This document shows, piece after piece, positions 28,892 through 37,699 of a stretch of 64,000 nt of DNA (positions are counted from its first letter, which is position 1; each line of letters starts with the position of its first letter). Source of the stretch: Spirosoma sp. (GTDB lineage Bacteria > Bacteroidota > Bacteroidia > Cytophagales > Spirosomataceae); assembly GCA_964263725.1 (NCBI GenBank), contig CAXVWN010000104.1, positions 766 through 64,765 on the forward strand, written 5' to 3'. The notes under the pieces are model-generated. The model ran no database searches. It had not been told where the DNA came from and worked only from the letters and a program-made list of their open reading frames with translations. The translations under genes and the position numbers were made by a program.

Positions 28892-31324
28892 TTATAACTT
28901 AACCTGTACTGTCAGAAAAAAGCTACGAGCGTCGGCCGGTATAATGCCTGGTCCAGGGTAACTATCGGCGCGACGGGTAAAATAGCTACGGTTTGCCAGA
29001 TTGTTAATTGACCCTTGCAGCGTAAAGATTTTGCTTATTTTGTAATAAGCTGACAAGTCCATCACTGTATAAGCGGGCACCAAACCGTCTATCGCATTGG
29101 AAGTAAACACCGCATTGGTTGCATCGGTAAACTGCACACTGGTGTAGGACACTTGGTAACTGGCCGAAAATCTATTATTTTGATACGATAGCCCCGTTTT
29201 AAAAATAACGTCGGGAGCAAGTTCAACTTTTTTATTCTGGTAAGCGGGTTCGCTGCTATTAATATAGCGGGCATTAATCAGGGCAAGATTAGTAAACACA
29301 GACAGTTTCGTAGTACTCAGTTGTTTACGAATAAAATGTAGTAATTCTAATTCGGCAAATGATTCCAGACCCAAGCTTCTGGACTGCGAAACATTGGTAC
29401 GATATCGGTACACGTTAAACGTGACAGGATCTGATTTTTGCACCGTACCAATTCTATTATCGTAGTTGACACTAAATAAGCTGATATCGTAATTAAATAC
29501 ACCTGACAAATTTCCTCTCATGCCTAAATCAGCGGTATAGCCTTTTTCGTCCTGCAAGTTTGGATCTACCTGTATATTTGGGTTTACTGAGTGAATATCA
29601 TTAAAATTAATGGCCCTATAGTTTTGAGATATGTTAGCGTAAAGCTGAATAGCCTGACTCTGAAAATAACTTAGCCCAATACCACCAATGATAAAATGCC
29701 GGGTGTTATTTTTATTTTCCTGTACTTGTTGATGATAAATAATATTACCGGCCTGGTCTTTGTTGATAATAGAATAAAATCCATCAGCTCTGGTAATAAT
29801 ATTCTCAAATCGAATTCCCGGAACAATACTTAATTTAGGATTGACTCGAATAATGTTCTCAGCAAATAAAGAAACATTATAATTAGGAAAAGTATATTTA
29901 GAGTAAGCGTATTCATCTGAGTTGACGTAATTAAAGTCCGATGTAGTACCCATAGAACCGTTATTCCCCAATCCTTGCTGGCGGTTCGTTAATCCTCTAT
30001 AATAGCGTACGCCTACCAATAAATTTTGTGGGTTATTCTTGATTTTATAAGTGTATAATAGCCGACTTTCATTACCATAATTTGTATACTTATCTTTATA
30101 CAAATCTCTGGCATTTCCCGGATCGGCCCGATTAATAAAGTCTAGATTACCCAACGCATATCGTCCAGCTGATAAACCAAAAAAACGAGAATTAAACCGT
30201 AATCGCTCGCTTAGTTGGTAATCTACCAGTACGGCTCCCAAATTCCAGTTCACGTTGAACCAGTTTCGCGACCGTACCGATTGGCGGGAATTAAGAGCAA
30301 ATTCGGCATCGGTAAGGCCACCGGGCTGGTGAGCTAGATAATCCATATAGGTATATTGGACGGTTATTGCCAATTTTTCGGTGGGCCTATAGGTAGCCGC
30401 AGCATACGCAGTATTGACGTGAAACTCAGCATTAGGCCGCCAGCCGTTTCCAACTTTATGCTGAAAAAACGTATAATACTGCACCTTTTTCACCGTGCCA
30501 CCAATACTATTCGTCGTGTTAAAGAATCCCCATGAACCGGCGGTCTCCCGCGACGTAACTTCAATAGGTTTATTGGCTGCACCTTCTTTCAGTTTAAAAT
30601 TAATGAGTCCGCCAAACTGGGTTCCATATTGTAAAGACGCAGCACCTCTTAATATTTCTATTCGTTCTGTCAACTCTGCCGGTGGCGAATAATAGCTTTC
30701 CGGATAACCCAGTGCATCGGCACTGATATCATATCCATTTTGCCGGGTATTAAAATTAGTTACCCGATTCGGATTTAACCCTCTACCACCGATGCCTAAC
30801 TGAATACCGGCGCCATCATTTTCCCATATATTTAGTCCAGCTACTTTAGCATAAATTTGCCTGCTATTATTAGTGGCTTGATTAGCAACAAGATCGCTCA
30901 GTACTATTACTTCACTTTTTTTGCCTTCGTTAATATTGGTTCCTTCAACTCCTTTTAATCGGGTAACACCAAACGTTTTTTCCTGCTCTGCTTTTATTTT
31001 AACAGCATCCAATTGCTGAACAGCTTCCTCCAACACCAGATTAATAATTGTATTATCACTAATTTTTATTACCTGACTCGCCGATTTATATCCCACAGCA
31101 GAAACGGTAAGTATATAGTTACCGGACTTAACATCTTTCAATTTATAATTACCCAGTGTATCACAGGCTACCAAATAGTCAGTATTTTTAATAAACACAG
31201 ACGCATTAGCAATCCCTTCACCCAAAGCTGTTTTAATTCTACCGCTTACCGTAAACGTTTGCGCTACTGATTTGAGGGAAATAAAAATCAGCATTAAGAT
31301 AATCAGTATAAAAACTCGTTTCAT
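28892..31324 (-). CDS. TonB-dependent receptor (FecA-like) with N-terminal CarboxypepD-reg-like domain
   Basis: Plug motifs GIGGRGLNPNR, ERIEILRGAASLQYG; C-terminal NNLANRSYFTRR...RSFFLTVQVKL. ATG overlaps the HTTM stop. Confidence 0.93.
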   Translation of the reverse strand: MKRVFILIILMLIFISLKSVAQTFTVSGRIKTALGEGIANASVFIKNTDYLVACDTLGNYKLKDVKSGNYILTVSAVGYKSASQVIKISDNTIINLVLEEAVQQLDAVKIKAEQEKTFGVTRLKGVEGTNINEGKKSEVIVLSDLVANQATNNSRQIYAKVAGLNIWENDGAGIQLGIGGRGLNPNRVTNFNTRQNGYDISADALGYPESYYSPPAELTERIEILRGAASLQYGTQFGGLINFKLKEGAANKPIEVTSRETAGSWGFFNTTNSIGGTVKKVQYYTFFQHKVGNGWRPNAEFHVNTAYAAATYRPTEKLAITVQYTYMDYLAHQPGGLTDAEFALNSRQSVRSRNWFNVNWNLGAVLVDYQLSERLRFNSRFFGLSAGRYALGNLDFINRADPGNARDLYKDKYTNYGNESRLLYTYKIKNNPQNLLVGVRYYRGLTNRQQGLGNNGSMGTTSDFNYVNSDEYAYSKYTFPNYNVSLFAENIIRVNPKLSIVPGIRFENIITRADGFYSIINKDQAGNIIYHQQVQENKNNTRHFIIGGIGLSYFQSQAIQLYANISQNYRAINFNDIHSVNPNIQVDPNLQDEKGYTADLGMRGNLSGVFNYDISLFSVNYDNRIGTVQKSDPVTFNVYRYRTNVSQSRSLGLESFAELELLHFIRKQLSTTKLSVFTNLALINARYINSSEPAYQNKKVELAPDVIFKTGLSYQNNRFSASYQVSYTSVQFTDATNAVFTSNAIDGLVPAYTVMDLSAYYKISKIFTLQGSINNLANRSYFTRRADSYPGPGIIPADARSFFLTVQVKL

Positions 31325-32694
31325 TTGTTTTGCTTTTGCAATGGAAGAATCCATTTTTTGTGGCCGAACGTTTCCTGTTCTTCCGCCAGATTTACCGTAC
31401 TGTCAATATACAATCGGCTACCACTTCCGTTAAGAGTTATATAGCTTTCGGCAGTTACGATAGGATTTTCGATGCCCTTTTTCTGATAGGCCTGAGCAAG
31501 AAAATGAGCGAATTGCAGGATCATATCCGGCTGGGTAACCATCATTTTCTCCTGCAAAGTGGTGAGGTACTGAGAATTGAGAACTTCAGACTGCTTGCCC
31601 GTTTGAGGGTCTTTCACATGAAAAAAAGTAGTTCCTCCTTTTTCCATTAGCATAACACGCCACGAAAATCGGTAGCCTTCCTCAGTCCAGTAAAGGCTGC
31701 CGGGATAAAATAGAAATCGAAATGGCAGTAATAGCTGAATTGTAAAATGCACGAATAAAATTGCCCCGATGATATTGCATTTAGGCGCAGATAGTTGATA
31801 AAGACGTATTGGCACAATATGAGTTCTTGATGTTGCGCCAATACGTCTTAACAAACTTATAATCTTGAGATGTGTATGTCCTGAAAAGAAAATAATGGTA
31901 ACACAAATCATTATGTAAGGAAACATGCCGATGTTAAAAAGCCAGCCGGTTGCCAGATGAAAAACAATAACCGTCAAATAAGCTGTCTTTCTGGTTCTGG
32001 CATTGAGCAATAAAAACCCAATACCTAAATCAAATAAAGCCCCAAACCAACTAAATACATAAGCTACCCATGTCTGAGTCATCAAGCCGCCGATTATGGG
32101 TAAATGGGCATTGGCTGGCAACCATATTCTGAGGGGCATGGCGGCTATCAGCCAGTCGTAGTTTAGTTTGGAGAGCCCGGCAAAAAAGTAGACCAATAAC
32201 AACTGTAATTTAACTATGTCGATGGTCCAGCGGGGCACCTGGGTTACCAATAGCTGTGGCTTACGTACTACATCAACAGAGAAATACCGATGCGCCGGGA
32301 CCAGAATCATCAAGAAGGCCATTACACTGATAAAGTAATAATGGTTGAGATACGTGGTTTTATCAATCAGTTCTATGTACGTGAATCCCAGGAAAAAAGT
32401 AAGGATGGCTACTCGGTAAAACAGTCCAATGATAATCAGCATAGTGGACACAACGAGGCTCCCAAACAATAGGTACATCCCCGTTGCGCCCAAGGGTCTT
32501 ACCCAATCAAAGCCATAAAAAGTAAAATGAAATTTGGGAATAATGTAAAATGCCGAAACCCAACCTTTTACTATAAAGCGAACGGTACTGACCAGCATAA
32601 TGCTCCCAAATGCCATCCTGAGTACAGCAAGTGGAGCAATATGCCTTGGCGCCTTGAAAAAGGAACTCAATGGCTGTTTCACAAAATCGAACAT
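31321..32694 (-). CDS. HTTM domain / vitamin K-dependent gamma-carboxylase-like membrane protein
   Basis: LAVLRMAFG, DKTTYLNHYY, VYFFAGLSKLNYDWL, FHLATGWLFNIGMFPY, WTEEGYRFSWRVML, QPDMILQFAHFL. Confidence 0.9.
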   Translation of the reverse strand: MFDFVKQPLSSFFKAPRHIAPLAVLRMAFGSIMLVSTVRFIVKGWVSAFYIIPKFHFTFYGFDWVRPLGATGMYLLFGSLVVSTMLIIIGLFYRVAILTFFLGFTYIELIDKTTYLNHYYFISVMAFLMILVPAHRYFSVDVVRKPQLLVTQVPRWTIDIVKLQLLLVYFFAGLSKLNYDWLIAAMPLRIWLPANAHLPIIGGLMTQTWVAYVFSWFGALFDLGIGFLLLNARTRKTAYLTVIVFHLATGWLFNIGMFPYIMICVTIIFFSGHTHLKIISLLRRIGATSRTHIVPIRLYQLSAPKCNIIGAILFVHFTIQLLLPFRFLFYPGSLYWTEEGYRFSWRVMLMEKGGTTFFHVKDPQTGKQSEVLNSQYLTTLQEKMMVTQPDMILQFAHFLAQAYQKKGIENPIVTAESYITLNGSGSRLYIDSTVNLAEEQETFGHKKWILPLQKQNK

Positions 32695-32698
32695 GCCC

Positions 32699-33817
32699 TT
32701 AATCTCCGTCGTTATCTCCGTAGGTTATCAGGATAGCTAAAGACGAAGTCATATCCGTTTTGAGCAATACCGTGAGTTTTTGCAGTTCTGTATAAGCAGC
32801 CGTTACGGTAGTTGGACTTGCTTTAATTTGATCAGACAAGGGATCTGTTAAAGTTTGCAACTTGGCAATAGCTGCTGCAAACTGATTATTGATCTTATCG
32901 TTTAATGGAGTTCCATCACTGTATTTTGCGTTGGCCGACGTTAAATAATCATCCAGTCCCAATCCATCCCCCTGCGCACTTTTGCCCAAATAAATAGCTT
33001 GTATGGCCTGTATATGCAACAGAGTTAACTGAACTGACATTTTGGAATAATACCCCTGAACCTTATCTGGATACGTTGTTCCCATCGACTGTACACCGGC
33101 AGGAATACCAATCTCATAATTTTTAAGAATTTCGTAGTCATAAATCAGTTGATTAACCAGTTGCCCTGCCGAACTACCCACATCTGTACCGGCAGCATTG
33201 ATAAATGTAGCCGGGTAAGCGGTATTCCAAGCCGTTGACACAGTCGTTGCGTTGGTCTTTAATTCAGCCGTTAAGGTAGTCAGATAGGTTTTTCTGTTCG
33301 TCGCTTTACCATCTGAGGTGTATTGTAGCAGAATGGCGCTATTATCGGCACCAACACCAAATAACAAGTAGTCGAGCGCTGGAAGGCCCTTTGCAGCAAG
33401 GTTGGCCAGCAAACTTGGGTTGTATGTGCCAGCGCTAACATTGGTGTTTATCTGCGCAATATCAGCAGGATAAGTATTCGTGTTAATTCGCAGATTTACT
33501 TGCTCAGCAGGCCCAAATTCAAATACGGAAGTGGATTGCCATTGCTTATAAGCAACCTGAAATGCCGTTTGCAACGCTGTAAGTTTAGCATTATCCGGAT
33601 TGGCGGCAAACGCCGTAGCCGCAACGTCTAAGTTAACTACCGCCGTTTGAAAAGATGCGTAAGCAGGAATAATGATATTTGTACTCATATTCGTCAGCAT
33701 ACCTTTACGGTCAAACGATGACGATTGAGCAGGTGTATCCACATCCGATTTCGAGCAGGATTGTGTGATAACAAACGTTGAAGCAGCCACTAAAGCGGCA
33801 TAAATTAGTTTACGCAT
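32699..33817 (-). CDS. Imelysin-family (peptidase M75-like) lipoprotein
   Basis: Lipobox QSC; FEFGPA; KGLPALDYLLF; C-terminal YGDNDGD. Confidence 0.85.
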   Translation of the reverse strand: MRKLIYAALVAASTFVITQSCSKSDVDTPAQSSSFDRKGMLTNMSTNIIIPAYASFQTAVVNLDVAATAFAANPDNAKLTALQTAFQVAYKQWQSTSVFEFGPAEQVNLRINTNTYPADIAQINTNVSAGTYNPSLLANLAAKGLPALDYLLFGVGADNSAILLQYTSDGKATNRKTYLTTLTAELKTNATTVSTAWNTAYPATFINAAGTDVGSSAGQLVNQLIYDYEILKNYEIGIPAGVQSMGTTYPDKVQGYYSKMSVQLTLLHIQAIQAIYLGKSAQGDGLGLDDYLTSANAKYSDGTPLNDKINNQFAAAIAKLQTLTDPLSDQIKASPTTVTAAYTELQKLTVLLKTDMTSSLAILITYGDNDGD

Positions 33818-33839
33818 AGTAGGAATATTGTTAACGTAA

Positions 33840-33870
33840 AACCATCCGCACGATAGACATGCGGATGGTT
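33840..33870 (-). other. Intra-operon hairpin between DUF4856 and imelysin genes
   Basis: aaccatccgca / tgcggatggtt 11-bp perfect arms with only a short T run. Confidence 0.55.
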
Positions 33871-33921
33871 AGTTCTACTAAGCTTGCTGTATTACTTGGA
33901 TTACAACCAGCCAGAAATTGA

Positions 33922-35016
33922 TTAAAGAATATCTTTCACACTATCGAAGTCATACTGTTTGGCAACAGCATCCCTGATATTATTCACGTCAGTTAGTGTC
34001 AGATCATAGAAGTTTTTGGGGAACAAGGCTAATATTGCATTGATCTGAGCATCAGTGATCTTACGTTTTGGATTGTATCGTAATGAGTTGATAAAACCGT
34101 AACACTCCGATAATCGACTGTTTCTCAAAATATTATCATTCAGGGACTCCTTAACTTCTTTGATTTCCTGTAGTGCAGCCGCGCCGGTTAACCGCTCAAA
34201 CGTTTGCATGATAATTGTAGCCTGCGCTAGTTTGGTCGCATTATCTTTATTACTAATAGCCGCTCTTCCTTTGAGGAAAGCATCAATCAGAATGCGGTTG
34301 GCATGGTAGCCCGAATCAACCTGTGTGCTGTAGCTTCCCCACAATTTAGCGCCCGTTTTATTGGTTGGAAAATCCGTTGGAACACCCCAGTAGCCAAACG
34401 CCAGATCCCAATTGTGCTCCATAGCCGTTCCGCTACCCGGAATAACAGTTGAATTATCGACGGATGATGCGATACCACCATCCATATAATTATTGACAAT
34501 CTGGTAGGTGATCAAACCGCCCATGATGCTTTTATTGAATACTTGTGCATAATTAACGCCTGTTGCCGTCAACGCATATTTGGAGGCTGCATTGGCTGAA
34601 CTAGCACCTACGCCAGCAACGCCCCGGCTGGCGGGAACCCCCGATTGACTCACTTTTACCAAGCTATCTATATAACTGACTACATCGGTTTGCAAAAGCG
34701 CAAAGCATTGATCTTTAATCTGTAAACCTGATGTATTGTAGGCTGCGGTTGTAAAAGGAGAACCGACGTTGGCAAACATGTTTTTCAGTTTTACCCCATC
34801 CAAAACACCAGTCGTGGCATTTTTCATGAGGTTAGACATTTCAGTTACCATACCCAAACGAGTCGTAGCATCTGAAAAATTGGTGTTAACGAATGTATAG
34901 CTTGTTGGAACAGTGTACGTTGGAACCGGATCAACTGAATCGGATGACTTACTGCAACTTACTGTGAGAAGAAGCACTGCTGATAGTATACAGAGTGCGG
35001 TAAAGCATTTTTTCAT
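33922..35016 (-). CDS. DUF4856-like lipoprotein
   Basis: Lipobox VSC; YTVPTSYTF; AMEHNWDLAFGYWG; DAFLKGRAAI; LSECYGFINSL. Confidence 0.75.
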   Translation of the reverse strand: MKKCFTALCILSAVLLLTVSCSKSSDSVDPVPTYTVPTSYTFVNTNFSDATTRLGMVTEMSNLMKNATTGVLDGVKLKNMFANVGSPFTTAAYNTSGLQIKDQCFALLQTDVVSYIDSLVKVSQSGVPASRGVAGVGASSANAASKYALTATGVNYAQVFNKSIMGGLITYQIVNNYMDGGIASSVDNSTVIPGSGTAMEHNWDLAFGYWGVPTDFPTNKTGAKLWGSYSTQVDSGYHANRILIDAFLKGRAAISNKDNATKLAQATIIMQTFERLTGAAALQEIKEVKESLNDNILRNSRLSECYGFINSLRYNPKRKITDAQINAILALFPKNFYDLTLTDVNNIRDAVAKQYDFDSVKDIL

Positions 35017-35048
35017 GATGGACCGTTACAATGAATTGTATTTCGGCA

Positions 35049-35079
35049 CAAAATTAGATGCGGCAATAGGGCGCAACAA
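35049..35079 (-). promoter_or_regulatory. Promoter of the DUF4856-imelysin-HTTM-TBDR operon
   Basis: -7 TAATTTTG (35049-35056) and TTG at 35077-35079, 20-nt spacer. Confidence 0.65.
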
Positions 35080-35095
35080 TACCCCCGAGGAGGTA
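35080..35095. promoter_or_regulatory. Putative NarL/LuxR-type 7-2-7 operator
   Basis: TACCCCC-GA-GGAGGTA imperfect inverted heptamers directly upstream of -33. Confidence 0.45.
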
Positions 35096-35096
35096 T

Positions 35097-35115
35097 ATTT
35101 AGCATTAGTCTAAAT
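35097..35115. promoter_or_regulatory. Putative Fur box
   Basis: ATTTAGCATTAGTCTAAAT; 17/19 match to the Flavobacteriia-type box ATTTAGAATTATTCTAAAT (consensus recalled from Riemerella work). Confidence 0.7.
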
Positions 35116-35304
35116 AACTTTTACTTAATTAAGGTTGTCAGAATCAGTTAATTTTATGTGAGTGGTCCACATTACAATTTATGCTGATTCTCTAAAGCCT
35201 TGGTCAAAATACTATGGGTCTGTCCTGATTAGGAGATAAAACCTCGAAAGGATGATGATACGAAACTAGTTCGGGAAGCTAACTGCTTCCAACAAGAGCC
35301 AAAA

Positions 35305-35973
35305 TTAAGCCAAGCTTTTACTTTGCACAGTCCCAGCCAACATATCGTTCAGGTAATCGAGTAGAAAAACGAGATCGGAGGCATTCTTGAACGTAAATCC
35401 AAGTTTTTTTATAATATTCTTACGATGTGTCTTAACTGTATGAATACTTAAAAACAGTTTTTCTGCAATATCTCTATTAGCCATACCATCAGCTATTAGC
35501 CGGACAATTTCCGTTTCACGGAAAGTTAGCATTGGCCCATTATCATCTTTTTTTTTCGGCAATCTATCCCCAAAAAGTTCTTGTAATGTATTCTTACAAA
35601 AGAACTGCTCGCCTTTAGCGGTGGCATAAATAGCCATTATTAGTTCGTCACGACTGCATTCTTTACATATATAATTCTTTACTCCCTGTTCAATAACATC
35701 GAGAATCTCACTTTTGGATTGCCGATTTGAAAAGGCTAAGATATGGGCCGATTTAAATTGAGCATGGTTTTTTTTGAAGTCCTGAATAGTGATATATGGA
35801 CTAAAATAATAATCCATGATAATTACTTCTGGCTTAAATTGGGTAAACAATTGTTCCAGTTCAGTAAGTGATGTAGCCGTGCCAACAACCTGAATATCAC
35901 TACTCGTAGATAAAACAGATATTACTCCTTCCCGAGTGAATGTTTGATGATCCGCAATTAGGACATTGATCAT
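35305..35973 (-). CDS. NarL/LuxR-family response regulator (orphan)
   Basis: REC domain (IIMDY, YICK) plus LTFRETEIVRLIADG.ANRDIAEKLFLSIHTVKTHRKNI. Confidence 0.92.
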   Translation of the reverse strand: MINVLIADHQTFTREGVISVLSTSSDIQVVGTATSLTELEQLFTQFKPEVIIMDYYFSPYITIQDFKKNHAQFKSAHILAFSNRQSKSEILDVIEQGVKNYICKECSRDELIMAIYATAKGEQFFCKNTLQELFGDRLPKKKDDNGPMLTFRETEIVRLIADGMANRDIAEKLFLSIHTVKTHRKNIIKKLGFTFKNASDLVFLLDYLNDMLAGTVQSKSLA

Positions 35974-36152
35974 GTGAGATTATTATCTGGTCTAATTCTA
36001 CATAGTTTTTAGACAAATAATTATCACATCCGCTTCTTTTAATTGAATATTAATGCTTGTGTTTTGAGTAACCGCGTATCCACAGCAGTAAGAATTAAGC
36101 GATAGTCCTTTGTTTATGGAGACATTAGCGACTTGAAAATTCTATCCCCGAT

Positions 36153-36189
36153 AAAACAAAAAGCCCTCAATCGGTTGATTGAAGGCCTT
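36153..36189 (-). terminator. Terminator after tRNA-Leu
   Basis: Minus strand GCCTTCAATC-AACC-GATTGAGGGC followed by TTTTTGTTTT. Confidence 0.75.
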
Positions 36190-36196
36190 ATTAATG

Positions 36197-36280
36197 TGCC
36201 GAAGGCGAGACTCGAACTCGCATGTCCGTAAAGACACACGCCCCTGAAACGTGCGTGTCTACCAATTTCACCACTTCGGC
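36197..36280 (-). tRNA. tRNA-Leu(CAG)
   Basis: GCCGAAGTGGTGAAATTGGTAGACACGCACGTTTCAGGGGCGTG...GTTCGAGTCTCGCCTTCGGCA; long variable arm; TATCTTTG promoter at 36306-36313. Confidence 0.97.
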
Positions 36281-36361
36281 AGTGCGTTTCCCCGCATTGG
36301 GATTGCAAAGATACGGCTCTCAAAGCCGATTGCACAAGGTTTTTAACTAATTTTTTCTATT

Positions 36362-37699
36362 CTATCGGTCAAATAGCAAACGTTCACCCGGTATATTATT
36401 GATAAACTGACCATTTTCATAAACCAGCTTGCCCGATACGATTGTGTGCGTGACGCTGGCTCCAAAGGTATGTCCTTCCAGGGGTGACCAGCCGCACTGA
36501 TACAGAATATTTTGCTTGGAGACCGTCATTGGTTTATCGGTATCAACCAAAACCAGATCGGCCCAGTAGCCTTCACGAACATAACCACGCCGGTCTATTT
36601 GGAAACAATCGGCGGGGGCATGACACATCTTGCGGACAACCGTTTCGAGAGATAATTTGCCCTGCGCCACGAAGTCGAGCATCAGTAACAGTGGGTGTTG
36701 CACCAGTGGCAATCCAGATGGAGCCTGCCAATACGGTTGTTGTTTTTCCTCCCAGGTATGTGGGGCGTGGTCGGTGGCAACTATGTCTAAACGATCATCT
36801 ATCAACGCGGCCAAAAGAGCTTCTTTGTGGTAGGGTGCTTTAATAGCGGGATTACACTTGATTTGATTGCCGAGCGTCGCATAATCAGTGCTATCAAACC
36901 AGAGATGATGTACACACACTTCGGCCGTAATACGCTTTTCAGCCAAGGGCAATTTGTTATCAAATAAAGCCAGTTCGTCGGCGGTTGAAATATGCAACAC
37001 GTGCAAACGGGCGTTGTGTTGCCGGGCCAGTTCGACGGCAAGCGACGACGATTTAAAGCAAGCGTGCTCATCGCGGATTAATGGATGTAGACCTGCCGTT
37101 GCATGATCGCCATACTCCGCTTTATAGTGTTCTGTATTAACGCGTATAGTAGCTTCATCTTCGCAATGAGTAGCAATAAGCATCGGGCTTTGTCGGAATA
37201 AACCGTCCAGAACCTGCTCATTATCAACCAGCATATTCCCCGTTGACGAACCCATAAACACTTTAATCCCGCAAACCGTATTAGGGTCAGTTCGCAGGAC
37301 TTCATCGAGATTGTTGTTCGATGCGCCCATGAAAAACGAGTAATTGGCCAGCGAGGTATGAGCCGCAATGTCGTATTTCTGAGCAAGCAACTCCTGCGTC
37401 AGCGCATTCGGAACGGTGTTGGGCATCTCCATAAAACTCGTAATGCCACCAGCCACAGCCGCCCGCGCTTCAGATCGGATTGTGGCTTTATGGGTTAAAC
37501 CGGGCTCCCGAAAATGCACCTGATCGTCAATAACGCCCGGCAAAAGATATTTTCCTTTAGCGTCGATAATCTGGTTAACGCCCACGTCGGACAGGCCAGA
37601 TTTAATTTGGGCGATAAATCCATTTTCTACCAGTACGTCGGTCTCTACAATTTGCCCTTCATTAACCAATCGGGTATTACGAATCAGGAGTTTACTCAT
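36362..37699 (-). CDS. pyrC: Dihydroorotase
   Basis: LPGVIDDQVHFREPG, MEMPNT, KVFMGSSTG, KCNPAIK, ATDHAPH. Confidence 0.93.
   Translation of the reverse strand: MSKLLIRNTRLVNEGQIVETDVLVENGFIAQIKSGLSDVGVNQIIDAKGKYLLPGVIDDQVHFREPGLTHKATIRSEARAAVAGGITSFMEMPNTVPNALTQELLAQKYDIAAHTSLANYSFFMGASNNNLDEVLRTDPNTVCGIKVFMGSSTGNMLVDNEQVLDGLFRQSPMLIATHCEDEATIRVNTEHYKAEYGDHATAGLHPLIRDEHACFKSSSLAVELARQHNARLHVLHISTADELALFDNKLPLAEKRITAEVCVHHLWFDSTDYATLGNQIKCNPAIKAPYHKEALLAALIDDRLDIVATDHAPHTWEEKQQPYWQAPSGLPLVQHPLLLMLDFVAQGKLSLETVVRKMCHAPADCFQIDRRGYVREGYWADLVLVDTDKPMTVSKQNILYQCGWSPLEGHTFGASVTHTIVSGKLVYENGQFINNIPGERLLFDR

Noticed and set aside
28815-35050. Short matches to the tRNA-Leu 3' end (cttcggcac near 28815, ttcggcaca at 35042) as att sites
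   Set aside because: Only 9 bp, and inverted relative to the tRNA, so they cannot be a direct-repeat attL/attR; no integrase present.
36114-36335. ORFs spanning tRNAs (also 51958-52263 and 55340-55525)
   Set aside because: They overlap clear tRNA genes and terminators.
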